The notes under the pieces were generated by a model. The model was not told the origin of the DNA, did no database searches, and was given only the letters and a program-made list of their open reading frames with translations. Source: a virus (taxonomy: Duplodnaviria; Caudoviricetes). From it: 34,667 nucleotides of DNA. Positions 9,087 to 18,769 of this stretch are shown piece after piece. Numbering within the stretch: the first letter of the stretch is position 1; the number at the start of each line of letters is the position of its first letter. Both the position numbers and the translations under genes were made by a program. The stretch spans positions 1 through 34,667 of the IMG/VR virus record IMGVR_UViG_3300035673_000153. One strand, written 5' to 3'.

Positions 9087-9812
9087 TTAATTCAAGCCCG
9101 CACGCGACATAAACGAGCCGGCCGGGCTGATAACGATCGTTGGCCAGCGAACTTCGGCCTTGTTGTGAGCGCGCGACCCGCCCTGGTAGACGAAGCGACC
9201 CTTCGAACCGCGCTTGGACGCCGTCTTGCCTTGCGTGAGCTGGTTAACCTGCCCCGAGCCGAACACGGCGCGGAATGTAAATTCGATATCGGCGGCGTTG
9301 CGAATGTCAGGATCGCGCCCCAGGATTTGCTGCGCGCGCTGATAGACCCGGCCGCCGCCGTCGATCCTGAACTTCTTTCCGCCGCGCCCGCCGACTTCGA
9401 TCACCTGCGAATAAACCACCGTATTCGTGATTGAGACTTCCTGCCCTTCGTGCCAGCCGCTCAGATTCTCCGCCGCGTGACCGTCGATGAACAACCTATG
9501 GCTATCCCGATAAAGTCCGGGGTGCGGGTCGCGCCCCTTACCGAATGGCGATATAGACCGCAGAATTTCCAGAGCCCGCTTCGCGATAATGTCCAAACGG
9601 TTGTAGTCGTAAACGATAACGCCGCCCGGCCTCAGCGCCTCTTCCGGCGCAATCACCCCGTCAACGTGACGGACGAAGCCCATCGGGCGAGGATCTGAAT
9701 TCAGCACCTCCGCATTGAGGCGCTTCGCCTCGTCGATAATCTGCTGGCGCGTCAGGTTCAGAACGTCTGCGACCGCTGCATCAAATTGCGAAGCTGGCGA
9801 TTGAAACTGCAT
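9087..9812 (-). CDS. Neck / tail completion protein (HK97 gp10-like position)
   Basis: SP..GLYRDSH and NTVVYSQVIEVG motifs resemble the gp10-like family; start moved to ATG 9812 just after the upstream stop. Confidence 0.65.
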   Translation of the reverse strand: MQFQSPASQFDAAVADVLNLTRQQIIDEAKRLNAEVLNSDPRPMGFVRHVDGVIAPEEALRPGGVIVYDYNRLDIIAKRALEILRSISPFGKGRDPHPGLYRDSHRLFIDGHAAENLSGWHEGQEVSITNTVVYSQVIEVGGRGGKKFRIDGGGRVYQRAQQILGRDPDIRNAADIEFTFRAVFGSGQVNQLTQGKTASKRGSKGRFVYQGGSRAHNKAEVRWPTIVISPAGSFMSRAGLN

Positions 9813-9819
9813 TGACGCA

Positions 9820-10203
9820 TCAGCCCGCAGAGTGGATTTCAAGAGCAATGAGCGTGCCGCCGAGGACGCGCTTCATCGGATTTTTAATGGCGAACTCCCT
9901 TCCGCCCTTGGTCTCACTGCCGATCATCGTTGCTACGCCATCGATCACTTCGAAGTCGACGATCAGCTTGTCCCTCACCGTGACCGGGAGGATTCCAGAT
10001 AGCCCATCAACCAATGTAATAGCGACCTGGTCGCCTTGAACGATGGTCCCGATCAATTCGTTTGAGGCATAGTACCGGACATACGCGCGCGTCACGGTAT
10101 CGGTGCGGTCGCGGCTCGTCCCGACGTAGCGGCCGATTGCGACGAGTTGCCCGCTCTTATCGATCAGCGCCTTGTGGGACGCACGGGCTTCGTCTGCGGT
10201 CAT
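9820..10203 (-). CDS. Head closure / head-tail joining protein
   Basis: 127 aa beta-rich protein directly after the connector (ATGA overlap). Confidence 0.65.
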   Translation of the reverse strand: MTADEARASHKALIDKSGQLVAIGRYVGTSRDRTDTVTRAYVRYYASNELIGTIVQGDQVAITLVDGLSGILPVTVRDKLIVDFEVIDGVATMIGSETKGGREFAIKNPMKRVLGGTLIALEIHSAG

Positions 10204-10919
10204 CCGTAAACCCGAAAATTCGCGAGCAGGTTAACCGTCGCCTGCTCGATCAGCTTGCTTGCAACATCCGAGACGATGTACCGCATTTCCCCAACGCCTT
10301 CGGCACGGTCCATGCTGACGAATAGATTCCGCTCGATATTCGACAGCAGCATTCGCGCCGACAGTGCAATGGCCTGCTTGATCGGCGGCGGCATCTTGTC
10401 TGCGACGGCCACGATCGGCGGAACATGCTGCGGGTCCGCCGCAACAGCGCTGGCGTAACCACTGACATACCGAATCCGAACCGACTCCATGTCCGGGCGC
10501 GCGTAGGGCCACGTCTTGTTAATCACGGGCGCGATGTATGCCCTGTTGTGACCACCCAGGCCGAAGACACGATAGTCCGTCCCATCAATCAATGTTCGCT
10601 CGATGCCGTCGCCGTCGTCATACTTGACGCTGGAAACCGCAGTGTGCACCGGGTAGGGCAAAACGATGTTGGCATAGCCGGGCTCGCCGCCATAATCGCC
10701 GACTGGAAACTCCGGAAGTCTTAACTCCCACGTCTGCGGGCGCAGAGCGCGGGCCAAAAATCCAGCGAAGGCCGGGTCCATGGCGGCCGACGCCGCCTCG
10801 ATCGCGGCGCTAAGTATCGTGTCCTGCGTGGTCGCAGTAATCCCCAGCGCCGCCTTACAGTCCGCGAGCGTCAGCGCGCCGACCGAGGGCGGCGTGATTA
10901 GGACTAAGGTTCCGCGCAC
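10200..10919 (-). CDS. Head-tail connector (adaptor) protein
   Basis: LITPP..ALTLADCKAALGI, RALRPQTW, VRIRYVSGY, PPIKQAI motifs of gp6/phiE125 gp8-like adaptors; probable GTG start at 10919. Confidence 0.85.
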   Translation of the reverse strand: MRGTLVLITPPSVGALTLADCKAALGITATTQDTILSAAIEAASAAMDPAFAGFLARALRPQTWELRLPEFPVGDYGGEPGYANIVLPYPVHTAVSSVKYDDGDGIERTLIDGTDYRVFGLGGHNRAYIAPVINKTWPYARPDMESVRIRYVSGYASAVAADPQHVPPIVAVADKMPPPIKQAIALSARMLLSNIERNLFVSMDRAEGVGEMRYIVSDVASKLIEQATVNLLANFRVYG

Positions 10920-10926
10920 CGGGATA

Positions 10927-11127
10927 TTACTTCTTCCGGGACTGCGAACCGGCCGACTCCGGTTTGCGCTGCGGTCCACCCGTCGCTTGCTCGATTTTGA
11001 CGAGGGGCTTGTGAGGCACCGCCAGACCATCGGTGACAAGCTTTTCGCCTTCGGGGTGATCCATGACTTGGCCGGCATCCCAGCCACCGTCAGGGCCGGC
11101 CTTGGTCGTGAGCATTCGAACTTTCAT
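10927..11127 (-). CDS. Small head-associated protein (66 aa)
   Basis: MKVRMLTTKAGPDG..G..D..EGEKLV..GLA pattern usual between capsid and connector genes; GGAG RBS before ATG 11127. Confidence 0.7.
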   Translation of the reverse strand: MKVRMLTTKAGPDGGWDAGQVMDHPEGEKLVTDGLAVPHKPLVKIEQATGGPQRKPESAGSQSRKK

Positions 11128-11131
11128 GGAG

Positions 11132-11509
11132 CTACTCCAAGACGATGTGGAAGGTGGCGTTTTTGTTGTTGCCGCCGGCTGCAATCACGATCTTGAAGCG
11201 ATCCTGAGCCACGGCGATCTTGTCCAGCGCCGCGCGGGTGCCGTCGAAGGTGGATGCAACGCCAGCGGTCGAATGCGTGGCCTGCCTTGGCGCGCGCGTG
11301 GTGCTGGCGTTGACGTTGCTCTCTGCCCAGATCGTCTCGCCAGTGGATTCGGCGGTGATGGTTATTGTTGATCCGTCGTCGAAGCCGCCGCTTGCTGGCT
11401 TCACATACCGGATTTGCGAAACAACACCGGTCACGGACTCTGACCAAGCCGTGGCAGAGCCATCTGCGGCCGTGGAGAGGGCGACTATTTGACGTTGAAC
11501 GAAGCTCAT
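11132..11509 (-). CDS. Putative virion structural protein (125 aa)
   Basis: Thr/Ser/Gly-rich beta protein in the head module. Confidence 0.7.
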   Translation of the reverse strand: MSFVQRQIVALSTAADGSATAWSESVTGVVSQIRYVKPASGGFDDGSTITITAESTGETIWAESNVNASTTRAPRQATHSTAGVASTFDGTRAALDKIAVAQDRFKIVIAAGGNNKNATFHIVLE

Positions 11510-11513
11510 CGTT

Positions 11514-11954
11514 CTAAGTCCCGATCGCGAGCCAGTTGAAATTTTCGGTCCCGGTCGATGCGATCAGCGTCGTGTCGCCTGCACCGGTCGGCTTCCAGCC
11601 GTACACGTCGATATTTGCACCGTTGATGACGCAAGTCAGAGTGGACGTTCCGAGCCCAGGTGCCGCAGACCCGACAAGCTGCACATGCGCCGACAAACAA
11701 GTGGTGAGGCCGTGAGCAACCGACGTTGGATTGCTGCCATCAAGCGCTACCGGAGCGGCGCTGCGGGCGAGTTTGTATCCCGCCACCGCGCCAGCGACTC
11801 CTGCACCGCCCGCAGATGCCGTAATGTCGACGCCGCCGATCTTAAGCTTGCCTCCGGTCTCAATGTCGAGTTCGCCACCGGATTTGACGAAGAGCCGTTC
11901 GGCGCCCTGCTCGATGCCGACCTTGACGTTCTGGGTATCAGATTGAGCCGACAT
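11514..11954 (-). CDS. Putative head fibre / decoration protein
   Basis: AGGAG RBS before ATG 11954; VKSGGELDIETGGKLKIGG repeat-like N-terminus; C-terminal NWLAIG as in fibre tip domains. Confidence 0.7.
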   Translation of the reverse strand: MSAQSDTQNVKVGIEQGAERLFVKSGGELDIETGGKLKIGGVDITASAGGAGVAGAVAGYKLARSAAPVALDGSNPTSVAHGLTTCLSAHVQLVGSAAPGLGTSTLTCVINGANIDVYGWKPTGAGDTTLIASTGTENFNWLAIGT

Positions 11955-11989
11955 GGGCGTCGTTCTCCTATTCGATTGTGAAATGGACC

Positions 11990-12012
11990 GGTCCCGCCAT
12001 CGCGGCGGGACC
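11990..12012. other. Perfect 9-bp hairpin between head accessory genes
   Basis: GGTCCCGCC-atcgc-GGCGGGACC. Confidence 0.5.
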
Positions 12013-12054
12013 ACACCGGGACGTGTGCCTTTTGCCGTGGTGCGAGCCGCGCGT

Positions 12055-12498
12055 TTAAGCGGTGCCGACAGCCGGCGAAACCCAAAGCTCCTGACCGTGC
12101 ACCGTCGCATCGTTGGTGGCGGGCAGTTTGCGCGGGCCGTACTGTTCGGCGATGATGAAATTCACCACCGCATTCTGCGTGGCGCGCTTCACGAAAGGCC
12201 GGACGTAGCGCTGAGCGGGCTGAAAGATATCGACGATGAACACGCTGTCATCGTCGGTATCCGCAACCGTCTGTTTGGAGCCGGCGAGATCGTCGGTGCC
12301 CGGCGTGCCGCCGGTGGTATCCTTGCCGGTGACGCCGAGCGAGGTTACCGCACCGGCGGTGATGGCGCCGAAGCCGACGATAAAGCGAACGCCTTCGAAA
12401 TTCGCCATATCGAGTTCGGTCGCGTCGGTGATGTCAGTGCTACCGGCCGCAACAGCGGATTTGCACAACGTGGTTTTCACTTGAGGGCTGAGTTGCAT
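12055..12498 (-). CDS. Capsid cement / decoration protein (jelly-roll type)
   Basis: Immediately after the capsid gene; LDMANFEGVRFIVGFG...QRYVR pattern; AGGA RBS before ATG 12498. Confidence 0.65.
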   Translation of the reverse strand: MQLSPQVKTTLCKSAVAAGSTDITDATELDMANFEGVRFIVGFGAITAGAVTSLGVTGKDTTGGTPGTDDLAGSKQTVADTDDDSVFIVDIFQPAQRYVRPFVKRATQNAVVNFIIAEQYGPRKLPATNDATVHGQELWVSPAVGTA

Positions 12499-12533
12499 TG
12501 TCGCGTTCCTGAATCTGAAAATGAGGGAATGGT

Positions 12534-12554
12534 GGCCCGGCGCGCGGCCGGGCC
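12534..12554 (-). terminator. GC-rich hairpin after the capsid stop (weak terminator or stabiliser)
   Basis: GGCCCGGC-cgcgc-GCCGGGCC on the minus strand, followed by a pyrimidine-rich but not poly-U tail. Confidence 0.4.
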
Positions 12555-12562
12555 GTTGATCG

Positions 12563-13786
12563 TTACGCCAGCTTGACGCGGGCGAAGGCTTCCGGAAGCG
12601 TGGGTGCACCGTCACCTTCATAGCGGCCGATAAAGCCGTCCTGATTGGTTTCGGCGTAGAGTTCGATCAGACGCTGCATCTGCAGGTCCAACGAATCCAC
12701 GATCCAGTATTTCGAGAAGTCGCCGATGATGCCGACGTACTGACCGGTGGTGAACGTGTTCGGCGCGAACTCACTGATCATCAGCGGCCGGCTCAGCAGC
12801 GTATCCGGTTCGCCATCCCGCACCGACATGCGCCACATATACTGGCCATCGCCATCCTTCAGTTTCGTGAGTTGCTTCACCGCGTCACGATGGAACAGCC
12901 AATCCGCAATATTCCAGTAAGCGGCCTTGAGGCTGAACTTGGCCTCAATGATTCCGTCCATTGTTACTGCGGTGGTGGTGTTGTTCGTCGACACGTCGCG
13001 CGAAGTCGGAATGCCGTCGTTTGAGGCGACGAACACACCAAGCGGCTTCTGCTTGCCATCACCGGTCAGATATCCCTTCTCCTGGGTGACACCGACCTTG
13101 TAGCTCAAGCGGTCGATGATGAGCTGTTCGAACGCCGGAGCCTTGCGGATCAGCGTCTTGGACAGCTTGACCCGCTTCGCCATCGGGTGCGGGCGGAGTT
13201 CGCGCTTGCCGATGCGCAGCGTGTCTTCCTCGTTGCCGGTCGACAGTTCGGTCGTCCAATCCCAATCTTCCGCATCGACATCCAGGGTCGGGACGCCGAG
13301 ACTTTCCGCAGTCGGCAGTTGATACTTCGTGGCCTTCTGGCGAATGAAAATCAGATCGTCGACATTCTTGAGGAACGTCTGCACCACTTCCTGCGGCGGC
13401 TTCACGAAGCCGCCTTCCGCGTCCGACCCCGCCTGGTACGCGCGGAACTCTTCAGCGCCCTCGCCGACAAATCGGCCCGTCCGCAGATAGTTGCGGTATC
13501 CGGCCATCAGTTTCGCGGTCGGGGATTCCTTGCCCTTTTCGCGGTCGCGGCGCTCGTCGCTATCCTTGTCGATCTGCGCGACTGCTTGGCGCTCGACTTC
13601 GACGGTGCGCTCTTCCGCCTCGATCTGCACACGCAGGCCATCAACGATGTTGAAGGCTTTGCCGTGCTTGTCGACTTCATCGGGCGTCATATCCCGCTTT
13701 TCGGTAGTCGCGAGATCGATGATATCGCGCATTTCCTTCACTGCAACACCGCGCTTTTCGCGGAGAGCCTTCAAACGGTCGGACAT
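12563..13786 (-). CDS. Major capsid protein, HK97 fold
   Basis: 407 aa; N-terminal coiled-coil delta domain, GGFVKP, GDGKQKPLG, GDFSKYWIVD motifs; AGGAG RBS. Confidence 0.97.
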   Translation of the reverse strand: MSDRLKALREKRGVAVKEMRDIIDLATTEKRDMTPDEVDKHGKAFNIVDGLRVQIEAEERTVEVERQAVAQIDKDSDERRDREKGKESPTAKLMAGYRNYLRTGRFVGEGAEEFRAYQAGSDAEGGFVKPPQEVVQTFLKNVDDLIFIRQKATKYQLPTAESLGVPTLDVDAEDWDWTTELSTGNEEDTLRIGKRELRPHPMAKRVKLSKTLIRKAPAFEQLIIDRLSYKVGVTQEKGYLTGDGKQKPLGVFVASNDGIPTSRDVSTNNTTTAVTMDGIIEAKFSLKAAYWNIADWLFHRDAVKQLTKLKDGDGQYMWRMSVRDGEPDTLLSRPLMISEFAPNTFTTGQYVGIIGDFSKYWIVDSLDLQMQRLIELYAETNQDGFIGRYEGDGAPTLPEAFARVKLA

Positions 13787-13847
13787 TTATCCGTCTCCTG
13801 GGTGATGACCCGTGACCCCGGGCCGGGTTGACCGCCTCCGCGGCGGG

Positions 13848-14507
13848 TTACATCGATCGCGCGAGCATTTCCTGAGCGCGAAGCAAATTCATCGGGACGG
13901 CCGCCTTGCGGTCGCCGCCCGGAATCGGCGGAAGCTTCATCAGCTTCCGAATTTCATTGATGGTGTCGTCGCCGGCCGCGAGGCGTTCCGAGCAGAACCC
14001 GGCGAATGATCGAACCGCGATATCGGTCTGCTGATATGCGGGATAGGTGACGGGCGACACGTCGAACAGCCGGACCTTTTTCAGGCTGCGGATCACGCGG
14101 CCCTCATCATCCTTCGCCCAATCCTGTCCGCCCGGCTTCGCTGCGAATGCGAAACTCATTTGCGACACGTCGCCGCGCTCGATCGGCGCCACGACAAGAT
14201 CGTTGACGGTTTGCGTGTCGGGAAGAATGATCTCGATGGCCAGGCCGCGAGCATCTTCCGCCATCCGCAACGTCTTTGACCGATTCCGACCGAGCACGAA
14301 GTTCGGATCGTGGTTGAAGAGCGCGCGAACGTCGTCCGTTGTGATGGCGTCCGCAAAGGCGCCCGGAATGATTTGTTCGCGGAAGCCGCCAAGGTCTTCC
14401 GACAACGAATTGAACACGGCGGCATGACCGACGAGTCGGCGCTCGCCGTTCTCTCGCTTCTCAATATGAAGACCTTCCGCTGCAAAGGCGCGGCGCTCGA
14501 TTTCCAT
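13848..14507 (-). CDS. HK97-family prohead protease
   Basis: GHAAVFN, LFNHD, MSFAF, DVSPVTYPAY motifs. Confidence 0.96.
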   Translation of the reverse strand: MEIERRAFAAEGLHIEKRENGERRLVGHAAVFNSLSEDLGGFREQIIPGAFADAITTDDVRALFNHDPNFVLGRNRSKTLRMAEDARGLAIEIILPDTQTVNDLVVAPIERGDVSQMSFAFAAKPGGQDWAKDDEGRVIRSLKKVRLFDVSPVTYPAYQQTDIAVRSFAGFCSERLAAGDDTINEIRKLMKLPPIPGGDRKAAVPMNLLRAQEMLARSM

Positions 14508-14527
14508 TTGGTTTCTCCGGGGAACGG

Positions 14528-15880
14528 TCAGGCCGCGAGGCGCGGACTTTCCTGCTGTTTGATCGACGAGATGATCTGCGCGATAAACCGGGTCGCGATG
14601 TCCACGTCGTGCTCGCGCGTCTGTGGCGACCCGTTATTAGTTTTCAAGAGCACGTCCATGATGCGCGACGCCGGCACCATGTTAAGCGGCGTGATACGCT
14701 CGTCTCCACCGGTGACAGGTGGCAGGTTCATCAACCGCCTGATTTCATTCGGCGACGCCAGTCCCCATTGGATCATGAGGGCGTAGCCCTCCATGCGGGT
14801 TTTGAAGTCGCCGCGGAGAAGCGCGTCGATGTTGAACTCGAAATAAAACCGCGCCCGCGACTCACTCGACATGAGCGAAAGGTTTAGGGCTTGCTCCCAT
14901 GCGACGAACTTCGCGCGCATGTAGTATTGAACGAAACCGATCGACTGCTGCTCGATGCCCGTTCCCCAGCTCGTCGAGCCCGAAACCTCGCCGATCAGAT
15001 GCAGCGGCACACCCCAGACCCGCGCAATCTGCGCTGTGGCCTGCTGGTAGATCGGAATGACCTGGGCCTCATCGTTGGTGATGCCAAGTTTCTCGACCTT
15101 CATTCCGGAATGCTGGATTACCGGCTTGCCAAGGTTCCCGCCGCCATGAAGCTGCAAGTATTGATTACGGAGATCTTCAACCTGCTTCGCGGTGAGTTCA
15201 CCCGGAACGTTTAGTGCAATCTTCGGCGTGGCATTGTTCTTGAAGAACAGCGAAAGATATTTTCCGGTCGCCAATGCGCGGCCGATCGTTTCCCTGTGGC
15301 GATGGACTCGCGATTGCCCCATCGCAAGGTTGACAATGTGGGACGGCGTGTCTCGAAGATGCAGGACTTCATGCTGCATCAACGTCCGCGGCGTCGAATC
15401 CGAAGGCGACCAACGGTATGCAACGCCCGCTGGCGTGCGGTACGGCCACCATTCGCGCGGATGACTGGGCTCCAGCGCTACCGGAAAGCCCGATTTGCCG
15501 GGGATGATCCGAGCATAGGCGTTACCGTGCGTCTCACGAAACCCCTCCATCATGACGCGAAATTCGGAAGAGGTCTGCCAAGAGTTCGGCTGATCGTGCA
15601 TCAGGACGTGCAGCGGGTGTCCGGAGGCGCGGACTCGCTCGTCTTCCGACTTCCTTTCGAACAGATCGAGGGGAACGGTTGAGATCGTGTCGGAGTTCAG
15701 CCCAATAACCGCGTCAACTTCCGGGCACTCTCGCGCGTTGTCCGGCGTGACGTTGGTTCCTGCGGTCGTTTGATCGAAGTCGCCGAATAACGCGCTCAAC
15801 AACGGGTCGCGCAATCCCCGCCCAGGCGTGACAGCAGAACGCGTCGACACGTCCAATGCTATGCGGTTTAAGACTCCCAT
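14528..15880 (-). CDS. Portal protein, HK97 family
   Basis: HGNAYA, EVLHLR, IARVWGVPLHLIG, LLRGD, SPNEIR motifs; start placed at ATG 15880. Confidence 0.96.
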   Translation of the reverse strand: MGVLNRIALDVSTRSAVTPGRGLRDPLLSALFGDFDQTTAGTNVTPDNARECPEVDAVIGLNSDTISTVPLDLFERKSEDERVRASGHPLHVLMHDQPNSWQTSSEFRVMMEGFRETHGNAYARIIPGKSGFPVALEPSHPREWWPYRTPAGVAYRWSPSDSTPRTLMQHEVLHLRDTPSHIVNLAMGQSRVHRHRETIGRALATGKYLSLFFKNNATPKIALNVPGELTAKQVEDLRNQYLQLHGGGNLGKPVIQHSGMKVEKLGITNDEAQVIPIYQQATAQIARVWGVPLHLIGEVSGSTSWGTGIEQQSIGFVQYYMRAKFVAWEQALNLSLMSSESRARFYFEFNIDALLRGDFKTRMEGYALMIQWGLASPNEIRRLMNLPPVTGGDERITPLNMVPASRIMDVLLKTNNGSPQTREHDVDIATRFIAQIISSIKQQESPRLAA

Positions 15881-15891
15881 TTGGTTTGCGC

Positions 15892-16071
15892 CTACTTCAT
15901 TAGCCGGCCGGTTGCGACCGCGATCAGGAGTGCACCTGACACGACCGCGGCGACTGGCCATGAAAACTGCGCCACACCGATGGCAATCAGGACGAGGCCG
16001 ACTAGGCCAATACCATCGCGCGCATCAAACAGCGATTTTTTCTCTTGCTGAGCGTTCGGATCGTTCGTCAT
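15892..16071 (-). CDS. Small two-helix membrane protein (59 aa)
   Basis: ATGA overlap with the terL stop; two hydrophobic segments. Confidence 0.7.
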   Translation of the reverse strand: MTNDPNAQQEKKSLFDARDGIGLVGLVLIAIGVAQFSWPVAAVVSGALLIAVATGRLMK

Positions 16072-17942
16072 ACCATAATCCGCCCCGCATCTATCAGCGC
16101 GCCAATGTTCAAGCGCACACCCTCGTATGAAAGAGCCGCGCCGATCGCCTGTGCGAGCGCGATAGCGCAGTCGATCTTCTGAGTTGATCGCTCTTTTGCG
16201 AGCCAATAGTTTCCCCAACGATCATTGTCAGTCATCGCAGACATGATCGCGGATATAACAACCGGGTTTCGTCTGATCCGGATTCGCTTTTCCAGCAGCA
16301 ATTCCTCGAATTGCCGGATGCTCATCGGCATCCACAACCCTTCGGCATCGCGCTTCGCCAGCTTCGCCGCCTCTTTCATGGCGTCGTTAGGTGCGCCCTT
16401 TTTGACGCCGCCCTGCGGATGTTCGACAAACTCGATTTTCAATCCGAGATCGGCACACTCAGGCTCAAGGCCACGCTTGAAGGCGTACCGATCATAGGCG
16501 AGACACTTGATAAGAAATTCGTGGTCGGCTTCCGCAATCGCCTGCGCAACTTGCCGGTAGCTGATATTTTGCCCCTTCGGCGCATGAAGATGGTGGTCAT
16601 CTATCCATTGCTGATACGGCGCCTTGTCTCGCAGCGCTCGCGCGGCAACCGTATCGCCAGGCGTCCAAGCTTCAACCCATGCGTCGAAGGTTGGCTTACC
16701 TACGTGAGGCCCCTCAGCGACTACGCCGGTCTTCACGATAAAGCCCAGCGCCGTGATATCCTTGTTCTGCGAAAGATCGCAGCCGAGCCAAGCCACCTTG
16801 CCGTGATGCTCGCGCGGGTCGAAGTCCGCGAGGCACGGCTCAAGGACCGCCCGCGTTATCCAAGCGGTTTCGGCTTCGGTCCAAACACAGAAGTGAAGCC
16901 GCAGGATCGTATTAAGTTTAGCCGGAATGCCCTTCGCTTGTGCGACGACCCCCGCTAAATACTTTTCGGTGATCGTAACATTGAGCAGCGGGTTTGCTTT
17001 AGGCCAACACGTCGGGTCTTCAAGCGGATCGTCGCCAACATCCAGCGCGCAAACATAACTGAATGTCGTGTCGTCGATTATCTGCCCTAGATAAAACGCA
17101 TCTTCGTCTTTTGCGTCGGGGTTACCGGCCGCAACTTTGATTGCGTGTTCGTGTTCGGTCCAGCACGCCGAGTTTCGATCACTTCCGCTGTTCGTAATCA
17201 TCACCAGGAGAGGCTGGCGCCGGAACTTAAAACCACGCTCCAGCATTTCAATAATGCCGGCGTCCGGGTGCTCGTGTAGTTCGTCGACAAGAGCGAAGTG
17301 CGGGCGCGGTCCGGAGCCTGTTCTTTTCGTCTCGCGCGACACGGGACGGAAGAACGACGACTTTTTCAGGTACGCGATATTTATCTCACGCTGCACACCG
17401 CCACTTATACGCAGCCGACTATTCAGAGCCGGCGACTTGTAGACCATCTTCACGGCATCGCGGAAAAGGATTCCAGCTTGCTGTTTGGTGGCGCCCGCAG
17501 AATAGATTTCCGCGCCAGCTTCGCCATCGGCCGTCAGCCCGAGCAGTCCTAAGCCGCCGGCAAGCGGTGACTTTCCATTTCCCTTCGCTTCCTCGATATA
17601 GGCCCGGTTGAAACGCCGCGTGCCGTCTAACTTCTTCCAGCCGAACAGCGAACCGATTTTGAAGGCTTGGGGCGGCGCGAGTATGAAGGGGGTATTTTCA
17701 AATTGCCCTTCGCTAAGGATCAGCTTTTCTTCAAAGAAGCGGATTTGTTTTGCGGCCTCTTCCTTATCGAACCAGATATCCTTCCGCTTAAGATCGTCCA
17801 GGTGGCGCCTACACGCGTTCCTGACATGCGGTCCCGCAACTATCTTGCCGGAGCAAACACCTTTTGCATAAGCCGTCGCACGATCTGGCGGCGCGCGCTC
17901 AGTCGTCGAAGTGCTCGTCCTTTTCTTTATTTTTTTCGGCAT
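16068..17942 (-). CDS. terL: Terminase large subunit
   Basis: Walker A AKGNGKS, Walker B ALVDELH, nuclease LGCDLS and KID motifs. Confidence 0.97.
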   Translation of the reverse strand: MPKKIKKRTSTSTTERAPPDRATAYAKGVCSGKIVAGPHVRNACRRHLDDLKRKDIWFDKEEAAKQIRFFEEKLILSEGQFENTPFILAPPQAFKIGSLFGWKKLDGTRRFNRAYIEEAKGNGKSPLAGGLGLLGLTADGEAGAEIYSAGATKQQAGILFRDAVKMVYKSPALNSRLRISGGVQREINIAYLKKSSFFRPVSRETKRTGSGPRPHFALVDELHEHPDAGIIEMLERGFKFRRQPLLVMITNSGSDRNSACWTEHEHAIKVAAGNPDAKDEDAFYLGQIIDDTTFSYVCALDVGDDPLEDPTCWPKANPLLNVTITEKYLAGVVAQAKGIPAKLNTILRLHFCVWTEAETAWITRAVLEPCLADFDPREHHGKVAWLGCDLSQNKDITALGFIVKTGVVAEGPHVGKPTFDAWVEAWTPGDTVAARALRDKAPYQQWIDDHHLHAPKGQNISYRQVAQAIAEADHEFLIKCLAYDRYAFKRGLEPECADLGLKIEFVEHPQGGVKKGAPNDAMKEAAKLAKRDAEGLWMPMSIRQFEELLLEKRIRIRRNPVVISAIMSAMTDNDRWGNYWLAKERSTQKIDCAIALAQAIGAALSYEGVRLNIGALIDAGRIMV

Positions 17943-18300
17943 CGATCACGCGATTGCGCTCATCGGTTAGACCCAGCTCGCTCATGTACGCGCGCAACTG
18001 ACCGTGCTTCGCCGCGGGAAAGTTGATCGGTGCCGATCTGAATTCTTGCCACAGTTCGCAAAACGCGATCGCGGCCGGTTCGCGCGATGCATCAAGCCAA
18101 TCGGCGGGCTCGATATATTTCTCCCACGCCGCGAGGCCGTGCCTCTTCAAAAACTTCGGACGCGTGAGCTTTCCGAAACTCGTCAGCGCTTTTTCTACTG
18201 CTTCGCGCAGTTTTTCTTCGCTGCCATGGCGCGTGACGTTGCGCGTTCCGTCGACCAGGCGAAGGTGCGCGGGCTTCGGCTTTACCCCTCGTTTAGCCAC
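17899..18300 (-). CDS. terS: Terminase small subunit (P27-like)
   Basis: RGVKPKPAHLRLVDG N-terminus and SELGLT C-terminal motif; overlaps the terL start; probable GTG start at 18300. Confidence 0.88.
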   Translation of the reverse strand: MAKRGVKPKPAHLRLVDGTRNVTRHGSEEKLREAVEKALTSFGKLTRPKFLKRHGLAAWEKYIEPADWLDASREPAAIAFCELWQEFRSAPINFPAAKHGQLRAYMSELGLTDERNRVIDAEKNKEKDEHFDD

Positions 18301-18339
18301 TTCACCCGCCCTTGACCCCTGATTGCAGATTGCATGATC

Positions 18340-18430
18340 CAAAACATCAATTTGCAATAATGGAAGTTTTTGCCCCAACCGGTGTGGGCTCCCCAAGGTC
18401 GGCTAGTTTGCCTACCCCCTACCCCCCGCC
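18340..18430 (-). other. Probable cos / packaging initiation region
   Basis: Non-coding gap between HNH and terS, opening with G-runs (GGGGGGTAGGGGGTAGG on the minus strand); standard location in HNH-cos phages. Exact cut site not determinable. Confidence 0.6.
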
Positions 18431-18769
18431 CGCTATCGGCCACCCGTCCGCACCAACCGCCTGCCTTGCCTTGCCGCCGTGCTCGATGCGCTGCTGATCC
18501 ACGTCGTGGCAGTCTTTGCACATTGAATTGAACGGCCCGCCCCAGAACTTTATCGGGTCGCCGTTGTGGCGCTCGGCATGGTTACAAACGGTTGCCGGCG
18601 TGACCACGCCGCGCTGTTCGCATTGCCAGCACATCGGATGTGCGCGGAGTTGTTGCGCCCTGATAGCCTTCCAACGCGCAGTGCCGTACCACTTGCGCCA
18701 GGGCTTCTCACTCTGGCGCATGGCGTCGTGATCGCGATTGCTTTCCCTTTGCGACTGTGACTTCGGCAT
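18419..18769 (-). CDS. HNH endonuclease (terminase cofactor, HK97 gp74-like)
   Basis: PMCWQC...ATVCNH...SMCKDCH motifs directly upstream of terS. Confidence 0.92.
   Translation of the reverse strand: MPKSQSQRESNRDHDAMRQSEKPWRKWYGTARWKAIRAQQLRAHPMCWQCEQRGVVTPATVCNHAERHNGDPIKFWGGPFNSMCKDCHDVDQQRIEHGGKARQAVGADGWPIAGGG

Noticed and set aside
18405-18432. G-runs suggesting a G-quadruplex
   Set aside because: Explained by the usual G-rich sequence at the HNH end / cos region.
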